Notes: generated by a model from the letters alone, not told the origin. Positions 24,153 to 38,574 are shown, counted from the first letter of the stretch. The stretch is DNA of 64,000 nucleotides from Octopus vulgaris (GCA_951406725.2 OX597819.1:61256001-61320000), one strand, 5' to 3'. Program-made: numbers and translations.

Positions 24153-25327
24153 GGTTTTTCCTCTTTCACGCAGATTTTTAAAGACTTCGTTAGCAAGCAG
24201 TTTCAAAACTGTAGCAATCTTTCTTGACTTCCAAATTTTTGAGCCTCACAAATGCCGCTGCGGGTCCACTGTGCATTCTTGCTGACGTTGCTTACTGTGT
24301 TGCATGTTGCTTACTTTGATGAGTATTGTGTCCTAAACTGTGTGTTCTCATTCACAGGATTTTAAAGACTTCGTCAGAGAATAGTTTCAAAGTCGTTAAC
24401 ATTGAAGTCTCGAAATTTCCAGAGTTCATCAACCCCCGTCTCCTTATACAGAATGTACTTTTGTGTTTCACGTTTCCGGTTTTTATTGCACAATTTTCCT
24501 TTTCCGTTTTTTGCTTTCTTGTTTGTTTGTTTTTTTTTGTTGTTGTTTTGTTGTTGTTGTTTTTTTTTCTTGTGTGTATGTCGCTTGAAGTTGTTACTCA
24601 GGCGGATGATTGCATTTGACTTCAAAATATTTTACTGCCCGGATTTTATATTTATGTTGGATCCAAATGTTTGCCTGTTTTTTTTTTTTGTTTTTTTTTA
24701 TATAGGTCTTCCTTTTATGTTTTTGTTTTATTTCGCGTTTTATTTCCGTGTTGAAAGAAAGATTAGAGACGTTGAGGCGGGAAGACATTACTGAAGGAAA
24801 CAAGTCAAGCGATAACAGTCACACTGTGAAAAACAGACGCAAACGCCTAAGTGCACACACACACATACATACACACATCTCGACACAGGCGCACGCAACA
24901 CGCAGCACACATAATATGATTTATTTAACAACTTACGTCATTTCGTGATAAAGGTGATGAAGCCCGTTGGTTGATAGAAACGGATTAATGTGTTTATATC
25001 AACCAAGAGAGAGACAGAGAAAGAAAAAGAAAGAGAAATTATATTGAGTTAAGTGATTGTATGTATGCGTGCGCACGATTACGTGTGTGTGTGTGTATGT
25101 GTGTGATGTGTGTGTAGGTGATTTGTGAATAGCAGGCGTTGAGGTGATGAATAGAGAGTTTAAATTTGTATTATGTGTCATTTGAATGAATACTTTTCCA
25201 AGGGTTCTCGAACAACAACAACAACAACAACTACTACTACTACTACTACTACTACTGCTACTGCTACTGCTGCTGCTAGTGTTTGCTCATAAGTACATAG
25301 ACACATATTAGTATGCATACGCACTTT

Positions 25328-25545
25328 AAGGTGGCGAGATGGTAGAATCGTTAGCACGCCGCGTAAAAATGCTTAGCGATATTTCGTCCGTCTTTGCGTT
25401 TGGAGTTCAAATTCCGCCGAGATCGACTTTGCCTTTCATCCTTCTGGTGATCGATAAAATAAGCACCATTTGAGCACTGAGGTCGATGTTATCAACTTAT
25501 CTCCTCTCCAAAAATTGCTAGCCATGTGCTAACATTTGAAATCAA
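25328..25545 (+). mobile_element. SINE family A
   Basis: Family A head and core. Confidence 0.87.
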
Positions 25546-25859
25546 TATGTATATGAACTTATATGAATGCGTGATTGCATGCATGCATACACACACACAC
25601 ACACACATACATTTATGTGAGAGTGAATATATATGTATTTATGCATGTTTGGAAATGCTTCTGCGAGTCTTAATGTTTTATGTTTATTTCCCATAAAGCT
25701 TAATAACCGGCGCTGGTTTGTTTACGTCCGATACCTAAGTTTACAGGTAATAACCTGCTACCCACATAAATCCTACCAGGAACAAGACCGAACCTGAGTG
25801 AAATCAACGACGACGACAACATTGATAATAATAACAACAACAACAACAACAACAATAAC

Positions 25860-25901
<42 letters not shown>

Positions 25902-26708
25902 TGCTGAAATCTAACATCTCCTACGTAAGGTCACATCTTTTCTGTTTTATAACAACCTCCAGCTTGAATTTAAACCTCGTATTTTCACGATTGTTTATGA
26001 AAGGTAATTAATCTTTCCATGTGATTGAAAGCATTTTATTAGAAGAATTTTATCTTTGTATATTTTTATATAAAGTCAATACAAGAGGAAAGAAATTTCA
26101 TTAAAAACTATGCTGGAACAAGTCAATAAAAAAGTTAGTGGAGACAACGACTAATTAACTACAGCAATTAGTAGTTTTTCAGACATTATTTACAAGTGTT
26201 CTTTCTAGAAGTTTTTTTATTGGTATCGCCGGGAGTGACCACCAACATTCAAGCTATTGGTAGACAAACAGACACATGGATATGCGTTTAAACACGTTGA
26301 AAAATAACAAAAAGGATTGAAAACATTTACGCATGAAAATGGAGACAGTTAAGAAAACATTGGTATTTTCATATTGTGTGTATGTGTATTTGTGTGTGTA
26401 TGTGTATTTGTGTGTGTATGTGTATTTGTGTGTGTATGTGTATTTGTGTGTGTCTATTTTGAAGGCGGCGTACGTATACACATTCACACATGGAGAACAA
26501 ACATAAAACTGTACCTGCACGCTTTTCTTCCCTTGTTCTATCTCTCACTCACTCACTCACTCACTGTCTTTCTCTTTCACTCTCCCTTTCCCTTCGTCAC
26601 TCACATATACATACTTATAAACGTGTGTGCGTATGTGTGAATATATATATATGTAGCCACGTATACATACACTCACACACATACACAGACACATACACAC
26701 TCACACAC

Positions 26709-26746
<38 letters not shown>

Positions 26747-26804
26747 GGGGAGTGTAAGACAGAAAGCGAATGCGTGCGCAAGCACTATTTTACGTCTATA
26801 AACA

Positions 26805-27078
26805 CCTACATACATTCATTCATATATACATACACACACACATACATACATACATACATACATACATACTTACATACATACATACGTACGTACGTACATA
26901 CATGTATGCATAGATACATGCATACATATATACATACATGCATGCGTACATAAATACATGCATACATGCATACATACATACATACATGCATAGTAATACA
27001 TGCATACATATATGCATACATACATGCATTCATGCACGCATACATACATGCATACATACATACATACATACATACATT
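26805..27078. repeat. Degenerate (CATA/CATG)n array
   Basis: Direct observation. Confidence 0.9.
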
Positions 27079-28344
27079 GTGTAGGTGGCTGATTGTGTGA
27101 GTGTAAATATTCGCTCTGGGCAAAGCACGTGTATATGTGTCGGTATATGCGTTAGTGTATACATGTTTTTCCTGCCTCGCTTCTGCAACTTTTTGTGAGG
27201 TAACGTGACAAAATACTGAAAGGTGCTGAAAACGTTATTACAGAAAAATCCGTTTCATGTTTGGCGGAGATGAATATCCGCAGGGTAAGAATGTGAACAA
27301 GACGAAAGCATTGGTATATATATATTAAAAAAACTAGGACATGTTCTACATAGATGTCATGGTAGGATATCTGGAACCGACAAAATGAAAGAAAATATTC
27401 TAAACACCTTCTTCAAATAAAACAAGACAAACTACTGGAAATCACTTTGAACCATTCCAAGAACTAAATTCTTTTCCCTTTTTTTTTTTTTTGATAAATT
27501 TCAACATAAAATCGTATATTTGATTCCTAAATTTCGTCTTTTGTAGAAAAGAGTTTTAAATTGTTTTGACACTGGATATTTTTTTTATCAAAATAAACAA
27601 CGGTGATAAGGTATTTCTAGAAAGAAACAAAATTTCACGTGAGATATCGCCATCATCTTGTCACCGTTATGAGATTGCAAATTCTCTACTGGGTTGTTTA
27701 TGTGTGGGTAAACTGCAGTTTAACTTCATTTAATTTCCATCGAAATCTTAATGGAGCAGATATATGTCAAAATTTTGACAAAATATCAGACCAGAAATGG
27801 TGAAGAATAGAGCTGAGAGAAGAGGAGAGCCGACAACACCTTAATGCATTATATTTTGATCGAAATACAATATGGAAAACAATTATAGTATTCATAGTAA
27901 ACCATTTAACTCGACTCTCTATGTCCTATAAAGATTTTTAACCGAAAAAGTCAATGCTTTATCAATGAACCAGCTTTGAAGGCGATCGGTTTACATTTAG
28001 TCGCCATCTTGCCAGCAATGTGCATCGGTCTATGATATATGACTAGTCATTGTAAACAATGGCATCACAGAATGTTTCGTTGGTTTACAAAAATGTAGTA
28101 GTAGTAGTAGTAGTAGTATAGGGTCATGCGCCGTAGTAGCGTATTCGCTACATCCACCATTTGTTAGTGATTCCCTGAAATTCCTGGCGGATGATGCCTT
28201 TGCACCGAACTACTAGGGTCTGTTTGGATAGTGAAATAGTCGTTGCCGGTGATGGCTTTACGAGGCTGGCGGGCAAATCATATTGTCTAAGACACGCAGA
28301 AGAAACACTGGGTATATTCTTTGATATGCCCGTCCTCAAACAGC

Positions 28345-28468
28345 ACTAGAACAAAGTAAAATGAAGTGTTTTGCTCAAGAACACAACACGCTGCTGGGTC
28401 CGGAAACCGAACTCACAATCTGACTATCGTGAGTGCAATATACTGACCACTGAACCATGCACCTTCAC
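28345..28468 (-). mobile_element. SINE head (family C/D type)
   Basis: Minus strand GTGAAGGTGCATGGTTCAGTGGTCAG..GTGAGTTCGG..TGTGTTCTTGAGCAAAACACTT. Confidence 0.7.
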
Positions 28469-28730
28469 CAAAATGTTGGATCTACAAAAATTCCGTGACA
28501 GAATGGCGCGCTATCCTCGAGATGAGTTTCCTACGGAATAAACTCTGACCGTGTGTTGTGGAAATTTCTAACTCTAGCGGTGGATAAGAGTATAAAAGAA
28601 AAGGGAGACGAAGAAAAATAAACTTGTACAGTGCAGGGTTTCAATTTAGAAGCGAATGCTCCAGTAACAGCGAAAGAAAAGTCGTATAGTATTGTGACAT
28701 CATCTATTTCATTAAGATTTAATCAGATCT

Positions 28731-29031
28731 TCTCTTCTTCTCACCCTTTTCATGAGCCCGGTTTCCCGGTTTCTGTGGCGTATGTGTTTCCTCCCAGCTG
28801 GATGGGACGCCAGTCCATCGCAGCGTTACTCAAGAAACAAGAAGAGAGAGTGAGAGAAAGTTGTGGCGAAAGAGTACAACAGGGGTCGCCACCACCCCCT
28901 ACCGGAGCCTCGTGGAGCTTTTAGGTGTTTTCGCTCAAAAAAACACCCATAACGCCCGGTCTGGGAATCGAAATCGCGATCCTCCGACCGCGAGTCTGCT
29001 GCCCTAACCACTGGGCCATTGCGCCTCCACA
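28731..29031 (-). mobile_element. SINE family E, full length
   Basis: Minus-strand head GTGGAGGCGCAATGGCCCAGTGGTTAGGG..TTCGATTCCC; internal CTGCGATGGACTGGCGTCCCATCCAG resembles the V-type SINE domain; related copy at 57495-57750. Confidence 0.82.
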
Positions 29032-29104
29032 ATTCAATCAGATCTATACCTGTTTAATGCAATCGGTGTGCCATTTCATTGGAAAGAAAACACCCAATGC
29101 AATT

Positions 29105-29545
29105 TATATGAGTGTGTGCGTGTGTGTACGTGAGTGTATGTATGTGTGTGTGCGTGTCTGTGTATGTGTGTGTACGTATGTGTAGATGTGTGTGTGCACG
29201 CGCGCGCGCGTGTGTGTACGTGCGTGTGCGTATGTATGCGTGTGTGCGTGTGCGAATGTGTGGGTGCGTATATGTGTTTGTGTGTACGTGTGCGTGCGTG
29301 TGTGTGTGTGCGTGTGTGTATGTGTGCATGCGTGTGCGCGTGTGCGTGTGTATGTGCATGCGTGTGAGTGTGTATGTGTGTGTGCGTACTCTGTGTGTGT
29401 ATGTGTACGTGCGTATATGTGTACCTGTGTGCGTCTATGCATGTGTGCGTGTGCGTGGGTGCGTACGTGTGTGCATGTGCGTGCGTCTGTGAATGTGTGC
29501 ATGCATGTGTGTGTGTGTGTATGTGTGTGTGTGCGTGCGTGTGTG
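29105..29545. repeat. Degenerate alternating purine-pyrimidine (GT/GC/AT) array
   Basis: Direct observation. Confidence 0.92.
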
Positions 29546-29921
29546 GAGGCTGCCAAGAAGGTATCTAGATGGCTCTGGCTGAAAGAAGTTATGACTGCGG
29601 TAGGTAGAATGCCTCTTGAAATTAAATGCATTGATTAATTATAATTAAAACATTGTTAATTTCAATGTATTTGCAAATTAATAATGTTTCAGTAGTTATT
29701 GCTGATAGTCACAGTTTACTCTGGACTTCATTATCCAATGCTTACCTATTTAACAAAGACGATAAAATGATTATTTTTGCAGAGTACTTGACTGTTATTT
29801 CTAGTAGATCGAGCAACCACCAGCCCCTCCCACATTGCCTCGCTGCAATATGTTACATTTCCTTGTGATGTGTAATGTACAGCGAAGGCATGCTCACTCC
29901 GTTTGTAAAACACGTAGACTA

Positions 29922-30000
29922 CGAGGGGTGCTGAAAAGTTCCTGATTTGGGGTGAAAAAAAATACACGAGGATCAGTTAATTATGATTTTATTCTGCATA
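29922..30000 (+). mobile_element. Mariner-type terminal inverted repeat fragment
   Basis: TA|CGAGGGGTGCTGAAAAGTTCCTG, similar to the reverse complement of the mariner end at 2500-2530; cut off by a SINE cluster. Confidence 0.65.
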
Positions 30001-30001
30001 G

Positions 30002-30557
30002 AAGGCGGCGAGGGGCTGGCAGAAGCGTTAGCACGCCAGCCGATTTGCTTAGCGATATTTCGCGTGTCTTTACGTTCTGAGTTCAAATTCTGCCGAGGTC
30101 GACTTTGCATTTCATCCTTTCAGGGTCGATAAATTAAGTACCAGTTACGCACTGGGGTCGATCTAATCGACTTAATTCCTTTGTCTGTCTTTGTTTGTCC
30201 CCTCTATGTTTAGCCCTTTGTGGGCAATAAAGAAATAAGAAACGTTAGCACACCAGGCGAAATACTTAGCGATATTTCGTCTGTCTTTACGTTCTGAGTT
30301 CAAATTCCGCCGACGTCGACTTTGCCTTTCATCCGTTTGGGGTCGATAAATTAATTACCAGTTGCGTACTGGGGTCGGCAAAAGGATTAAGTCGATTATA
30401 TCGACTCCAGTGCGTAACTGGTACTTATTTAATCGAACCCGAAAAGATGAAAGGTAAAGTCGACCTTGGCGGAATTTGAACTCAGAACGTAAAGACAGAC
30501 GAAATGCCGCTAAGCATTTCACCCGGCGTGCTAACGTTTCTGCCAGCTCGCCGCCTT
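30002..30557. mobile_element. SINE A cluster forming a large fold-back (30002-30378 +, 30380-30557 -)
   Basis: Starts AAGGCGGCGAG..CTGGCAGAAGCGTTAGCACGCC and ends GGCGTGCTAACGTTTCTGCCAGCTCGCCGCCTT. Confidence 0.9.
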
Positions 30558-31621
30558 AGGACACTAGCTATATTAAGAGAGAAATACAGAAACCTGTAAA
30601 AGTAATATGCAAAATATACCAATCACGTAAAGGAAACAAAGCGGTAAGTTAATAAAATTGGCGAAGGTTGGTGTTGAAAAGACAATTAAAATAAAACACA
30701 AAAAAACAAAAACAACAAACAAAAAAACACATGATTAATTTCATCCTACCAAAATTTAGTATGGTATATTTTGTCGAAAGCCTTGAAATATGAAAAGTTT
30801 TCATGAATGGCGGTGTGGTGGTTAGAAATGAATGATGGTCAGGAAACGAAATATATGTCTTACCTAAACACGCTAGTGACGTAAGAAAGATGTGAAATGG
30901 TCCTGATTGGGAATCGAAACCGGGTCATAGATTCGGTTCACTGAGAATGTAATGATGCACTGCAGCTCTATCCAATGGTTAGCATTCCTGAAAGAAAGCA
31001 AAAAAGAAAAAGAGAGGTCAATGAATGCGTGTTGGACAATTCACTGTGAATGTATTGAAGCATCGTATTGTAGACGCCATTGTTAACATACCAAAGCTAA
31101 TGACAGCGTATTTAACCATTAAAAATTTAGGATATGTAACACATACAATCTCATTATTTCTGTTTCTTTTACATTGTGTCACCCTTTTCTTTTTGCAAAA
31201 ATACAAAAATAAATAAAAAGTAATGGGGAAATAATCACATCCAGTTTTCGTGAAGTTTCTAAAGATCTAATTATTTCACTGAAATGTCTATGGAGCAAAA
31301 ATCTCAGTGCTTTTACCATTTGATACTCTAAATCAGCACCGTTGTCGTAGATTCATTGCCATCATCCATTAAAAATAATCGCATTCACATTGTTACATTC
31401 ACTATTACTTTGCTCATATAAACATATGTTTGGAGTCTTTATGTGTATGTATATATGTATAGATATCCATATATACAACTACAGTGGCTAACAATGCAAA
31501 TCAAAATCCAGAAGATAAGGAGTGGAGTTATATATAACTTTTACAACTTATGTAACAGTCTTCATCTTGTTATGAAACAATTGTAGTTCATGCTTTACCT
31601 GTTCCACTCCTTATCTTTCAG

Positions 31622-31657
<36 letters not shown>

Positions 31658-31665
31658 ATGTGTGT

Positions 31666-31992
31666 GTGAAGGCGCATGGCTCAGTGGTTAGAGCGTCGAG
31701 CTAACGATCGTGAGGTTGTGAGTTCGGACCGGGCTGCGTGTTGTATTCTTGAGCAAGACACTTTATTTCACGTTGCTCCAGTTCACTCAGCTGTAGAAAT
31801 GAGTTGCGACGTCACAGGTGCCAAGCTGTATCTGCTGTTGCTTTTCCCTTGGATAACACTGGTGGCGTGGAGAGGGGAGGCCGGTATGCATGGGCGACCG
31901 CTGGTCTTCTATAAACAACCTTGCCCGGACTTGTGCCTGGGAGGGCAACTGTCTAGGTGCAATCCCACAGTCAGCCATGACCGAAGGGGGTT
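31666..31992 (+). mobile_element. SINE family C, full length
   Basis: GTGAAGGCGCATGGCTCAGTGGTTAGAGCG head, CTTGAGCAAGACACTTTATTTCACGTTGCTCCAG core; copies at 48520-48830 and 57091-57419. Confidence 0.9.
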
Positions 31993-32242
31993 CCAACATA
32001 TATATATATATAACGTACGATGGCGTTTTATAAAGCTAGATTTATAAATCCTATATTTGCAGGAGAATTTGTCGTTCAGGCAGTTTAGCTTAATGGTAAA
32101 GCACTTGACGCGTAAGCATACTATATCATTAGCATTATCCTGCGTTTGAGAATCAAACTATTTCCTTATCTGCATCCTTCAATACATCTCAACGCTTCTA
32201 AATCAAACATTGTTTGTTGACTTTCAACGTAATTTGAATTAA

Positions 32243-32305
<63 letters not shown>

Positions 32306-32316
32306 TGTGTGTGTAT

Positions 32317-32530
32317 CCTTTTTCTTTTATTGTTTTACTTCTTTCAGTCATTTGAGTGTGGCCATACTGAAGCACCGCCTTTAGCCAAACAAATCGATCC
32401 CAGGACCTAATTCTTTGTAAGCCTAGTACTTATTCTATCGGTCTCTCTTGCGGAACCGCTAAGCTACGGGGACATAAACACACCACCATCGTTTTCAGGC
32501 GATGGTGGGTACAAACACAGACACAAATTC

Positions 32531-32562
<32 letters not shown>

Positions 32563-32607
32563 ATGTATGTATGTATATATATGTGTGTGTGTGTGTGTAT
32601 GTATGTG

Positions 32608-32655
<48 letters not shown>

Positions 32656-32813
32656 CGATGGGCTTCCTTTAGTTTCTGTCTACCAAATCCACTCTTAAGG
32701 CTTTGCTCGGTCCGAGGCTACATGAGAAGACACTTGCCTAAGGTGCCGCGCAGTGGGAATGAACCCGGGACCATGTGGTTAGGAAGCAAGCTTCTTACCG
32801 CATAGCCACACCT
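32317..32813 (-). mobile_element. SINE family B
   Basis: Reverse complement of the family B pattern with an expanded internal microsatellite. Confidence 0.88.
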
Positions 32814-34135
32814 ATATATGTATGTATATATATACATACATACATACATATATATGTTTGTGTGTGTGTGTTTTTGTACCTATATGTATATATATCTTTA
32901 TTACAAAATAGAGTAGAAGCAGGTATAACCTTGTGAGTGTGTTTAAATGAGTTCATTGACTCATCCATGATGCATCTGTTTTTACGCCAACTCCGATATT
33001 TAGTTCTCATCAGTTACCAAAAGAAGAGAAGCAAAAGAATAACATGTGAAAGATATCCTTTAAAAGGACGAAATATGCTGACTGGATAAATTGTTCCACA
33101 ACTGGCATAGTTTAAATCCTTTGGCAGAGATTCGTCGCATGTTTATTTGTGCACGTTACACCATTTTATGTGTCTGCAATAAGTGGCTATCTGTAATATG
33201 GGTAGCAGCTTTGAGAATTTTGCCCACATTAGACAAACAGCCAGCCAGCCTGTTGAATTGATAAATGTATTTCACTCGCTTAATTCCATAAAACTAATGC
33301 TAAGAATTATCTGTAGTTTTGAGCTATTCTGGACATTGTAGATAGTTCATATACATATATATGATACATACATATATTTTATATATGATATGCGTGTGTG
33401 TGTGTTTGTGTGTGTGTAATCTTTAAAACGTTGTGCACAGCCTTAGCTATAACCATAAGTAAACTAGTATAGTTGAATCTTCCAGAAGCTTCTAAATGTT
33501 TTGATATCAAGTTGTAACGGCAGAAAAGACAAACGAAAAAAATCATGAGAAAACATAAAATACAAAAATGAACCACGCACAAGAACTTTGATAAATCCTG
33601 CAGCTACGTATGTGCAGTCTTTGTACTGTCTTGTATTAAGCTGATATCACAGGATGGCTTTATCGATTCCAGTTGACCACTTTCGTATTAAAGAAATTTA
33701 AAAAGTTCAAATCAGGCTCAAAATTCCATATGACACTTTGCAAGTTGATGTCGCTCCCACTCGCTTGCTTTTTCTCTCTGTCTGACTTTCTGTTCGTCTG
33801 TCGGTTGTTTGTTCTTACCATCGACCAACATACTGCGGGTATATCTCCGTCTGCCTGTCTGTCTGTGAATCTGTCCATCTTCTATCTGCTCACAGCATAT
33901 CGTCAGTCTGTCCACTTATCTATCACTTTTAAACTTCTCTAACTTTTCTTTCTTTCACTATATTTCTCTCTCCATTTCTCTCTCTGTCTGTCTGTCTGTC
34001 CACATGTGTGCGCACACATATGCTCATGTATGTATGTACGCATGTATGTATCTATCTATATATATATATATATATATATATATAATGCATTATGTATAAG
34101 TGTTTGTGTATATTTGTATGTACGTACATATATAC

Positions 34136-34182
<47 letters not shown>

Positions 34183-34271
34183 TCAATGTGTGTATGTATA
34201 TAAATACATATATTTATGTATGTGTATATTAATGTATTCATACATGTGTATGAGTATGACTATATGCGTAC

Positions 34272-34306
<35 letters not shown>

Positions 34307-35341
34307 ACACACACGCACATTTCCCTTAATTTCTCCATCTTTCTTTCTCTCCCTCCCTCTAGACAGAGCTATTAATATATTTTCTTAAAGACAGCAATCT
34401 GTTCAACATAAAGAACGAAAGGCTTCTTAAAAACGCCATGCTTTTTAGTAAAACGAAGGGAAAAAAGATAGAAAATAATTGACAAGACATTCTCGGGTTG
34501 AAAAGAAAAGATAAATCTTTTACTAACAAGTAAACTATCTCTATATCTACAACTTGAAACAATAGCCACTATTTATGTCTAGCCATTCCATCGAGTCGAG
34601 TGTCGACATATAATTTTCGCTCCGTTTTTTTCTCGTGTCACAACTACCTGGCGCCAACAAGGAAATACACAAGCATTACGGGCTTTTTTTTCTATTTTAA
34701 ATTTTATTTATTTCGTTTGTTGTGTTGTCTTGTTTGCTTGTTTGTTTTGTTAGTTTGTTCATTGGTTTGTTTGTTTGTTTGTTGCTTCTTTTTTTTTCTT
34801 TTGAAATTCATTTATATATTGTGCATTTCCTTGTAACCAATTCTGTAATCTATACAAACATTGTTTCGACGTTGCGTTACGTTTCTTCTCTCGGAAAACA
34901 GACGGTTTCAAATATGACGTCAGTAAAGTAACAACAACAACAACAACAAAAGATAGCAACAAGTTTCCTGAATGAATACATACAGACACACACACGTGCA
35001 TACATACATACATACATACATACATACATACATACATACATACATACATACATACATACATACATACATACATACATACATACATACGTACGTAGAAGCT
35101 CTATCGGCTCAATGCTATTACCGCTTAAAATGTCTGATTGTTAGGCCGCTTGTCTATCGATGTTAACATCTCAATAATGCCACACAAGACCTGCCTCACA
35201 TTATGGGAAACTCGTTACCAAACAATTACTGAATTCTTTGTCCCAAACATGGTGGCTAGCCAGTAACGAATCTTGAGTCTGTAATCTCAGAACAAACAAT
35301 AATAACACTGCTTTACGAAAGAATTTTGTTGTTTTTTTTTC

Positions 35342-35374
<33 letters not shown>

Positions 35375-35974
35375 CCTTTTTTTGTTTTGTTTCTTTCCTC
35401 ATCGCCGTTTTTTTCCCATTTTTCTTTGGACCAAACTGGTATAAAGTAGGGAAAAGTGTTAGAAGTAAAAAAAAAAGAAAAAAGAAAGAAAGTCAAAGTG
35501 GGAGAGCAAAGTTGGGAAGCCGCCCCTACCGAAAGAAACCCGCCAAAAAAGTGGTGGGAAAGAAAAAAAATGAGCAAAAATATCTGTTTAGATCAAATCA
35601 AGTGGTGTTTCTTTTTAGAATTATCGAAACCATTAACATTTTGTTAGAGCTATGCAACAACAACAACAGTATACTACTACTACTACTACTACTACTAGTA
35701 GTAGTAGTAGTAGTAGTATCCCCCTGTATTATAGGCATAAGGCTTGAAATATATTAGGAGGGAACGATCAATCGTAAGGTTTTCCTCTCCGCACTTACTA
35801 CAGGGAACAACTCCGGAATTGTTCGATGGTTTTGCGAGGTGACGGGAAGCTGCATGTCCTTGGAGACTTTACCAGATAACAAATCGTGAAAATAATGTCA
35901 GGGCTGGCAACTTATTGGCATATTTTTGCTACGAAGGTGCCCACGAGCCAATGGTCATCTTTCTCTATATCTTC

Positions 35975-36200
35975 TATTTTTTTTTTGTTTCACTCATAAG
36001 ACTGCAGCCAGACTGGGGCACTGCGTTGAAGAATTTTAGTCGAGCGACTCGATCACAGAACTTTATATTTTGCTGGTAATCTCACATACACTACATTTAC
36101 TGAACCGCTACGTTACAGGGACGCAAACATGCCAACACCATTTGTCAAGCGGTGGTAAGGGACAACCACAGACACAACGATACACCACTTACACTCACAC
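35975..36200 (-). mobile_element. SINE B 3' half, diverged
   Basis: Reverse complement of the family B tail. Confidence 0.7.
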
Positions 36201-36278
36201 ACACACGCACACGCATACACACACGCACATGTATACATACATAAACACATGCACACATAGACACACACATGTCTGTTG

Positions 36279-36317
<39 letters not shown>

Positions 36318-37299
36318 CCGTACTCAGATGTATATATATATATATATGTACATGCGTATATATATATATATATATACATTCGTGGTACATTTGCATTAAG
36401 TTTGATACATAGATTGCTGATTTAGTCTAATACTGCTTCTGCTGCACGTAACGAATATTTATGTATACACATACAAACAAGGATTTTAGTGTGCGTATGC
36501 ATAGTAAGAGCATATAATAACGAGTATTGAGATAAATCATATAAAATGATATTGATGGTGGTGATGATATGAGCGACAACGACGACGACGACGATGATGA
36601 TGATGATGATGATTGTGGTGGTGGGGATTATGATAACGATTTCGAAAATCATAATACCAAAGGCGTTTTTTTTTCTGTTTTGTCTTTTCAGCGTCTGGAC
36701 ACAGAGAAGTCCAACGAAGCCGTTAAAAACTTATTAAACAAATGAACTAATGTGATTTCGTAGGTTTACCCAACAATGTGCAATCTCCAAGCTATCATAT
36801 GGACAATTCTTCGTTTGTTGGAAGCATCTAAATTTAGTAGCTATTTCACTTCCTTAACAACAGCTAACATATTTTAATCCGAGATACGATTTTAGACTCT
36901 GAAGCATTTAAGTGTGTGATATCTTGGATAGACATCAATAACCAATCAGAGCTGCTATTTTTAAATGTATTCTTATAGTTTCCATTATTCTTTTGGTCAA
37001 TTTTCCTACATTTTTTTTCTTGTTTCGTTTCATTGAGAGAGTTTGATTCTTTCAAAATGCAACAATTCTCACTGTTGCAAATCACCAAACTATATGATTT
37101 GCAAGAATTCCTAATTAAAAGGGTCTATTGATTCAGTAATCATTATGGCGGACTAATAAACGGAAGTACGAATTACGCCTTTAAATGGATATCGTTGTTA
37201 CAACAGTTTACATTAATTGTTGTTTTTGTTAATGTTGTTGTTGTTGTTGTTAACGTAGTCCTGTTGCTATAATAGTTGATATTATTACTGTTATAAATA

Positions 37300-37715
37300 A
37301 ATTGGCGAGCTGGTAGAATCGTGAGAGCGTCGGACATAACTTTAAGTGCTGAGTTCAAATTTCGCCGAGATCGACTTTACATTTCCTCCTTTCGGAGTCG
37401 ATATAATAAGTACCAGTCGGACACTGGGGACGATGTAATCCACTATCCCCCCATTCCAAATTCCAAACCCGGTGCTAATAGTAGAAAGGACCATTATTAA
37501 TATAACTAAGGTGGTGAGTTGGCAGAATCGTTAGCGAGTCGGACAAAATACTTAATGATATTTCTTCCGGTTCTTTAAATTCTGGATTCATATATCGCTG
37601 AGATTGAATTTGCATCTTATTCTCTAGGGTCGATAAAATAAAGTTCCAGTTGAACACTGATAGAATTAATTGACTTCCCCTCTTACTTAAAATTACTAGC
37701 TTTGTACCAAAATTA
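37300..37715 (+). mobile_element. Two head-to-tail diverged SINE A copies
   Basis: Family A head and core at 37300-37490 and 37508-37715. Confidence 0.8.
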
Positions 37716-38533
37716 TAAGTATTTCTCGTTTCCACTGCTGCGACTCCTTTGGTTGTTGTTGTTACACAAGAAATTCGCAGGGATTCCAAACGTTCTCATC
37801 TGTTCTTGGAAATCTTAACATCTAAGTGACGGCTATAGCTATCAAACAGAACATAACTCGTATTGTCCCCAAGAGGATTTCTCGCAAAGCTTAGTCACAG
37901 TTAACACATTGTAACGGATTGTGTACTTATCCGAATTTCCCAGTCAGTTTGATATTTTGCTTTCAGCGAAAAATTGAAATGAAGGGGAAAAGGACAGACA
38001 CACAAGCAGAAAAAAATGGCGAAGATAACAAAAAGTAAAATGAATAACAAAACAAAAAAAAAGAAGAAAAACTAAAGAGAAAACACATAGTGAAGTAATA
38101 TAACGGTAAGCAATTATATGTGGGAGATAAATTGTTTTAATAGGATACTGTAAAGATTTAAGTTTTGAGTAAGAGATCACTATGTTGTTATGTAAACTTT
38201 GCCAAACACCAAGACAAACATGTTAGAATTGGAACCATAAGTGTGGTCTTAAAGTCAACACATTAGACTTTTGTAACCAAAACAATGTAGCAGCAAGAAC
38301 AACTCTGGTGGCATTAGAAGATCCAATTATATTTTAATTTGAATTACAAACATTTTAGCAAATATCTTCACGCCTCTTTTGGAAATATGTCTCTTTTAAA
38401 GCGACACGCATTAATCAAAATGTTCTTTCGTTTAACAATCGCGTAAGTTTACGTTTATGGACAACCGCTTAGATTTGAACTAGAGATTATGCATATTACC
38501 ATTCAATTGTAATGATTATCATCATCATCATCA

Positions 38534-38573
<40 letters not shown>

Positions 38574-38574
<1 letters not shown>

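Noticed and set aside
24165-24430. Two diverged direct repeats each preceded by an acceptor-like CAG (duplicated exons?)
   Set aside because: The shared reading frame hits stops in both copies and no donor sites are evident.
31666-31740. SINE heads as functional tRNA genes
   Set aside because: A/B boxes are present but there is no complete cloverleaf and they run on into SINE bodies.
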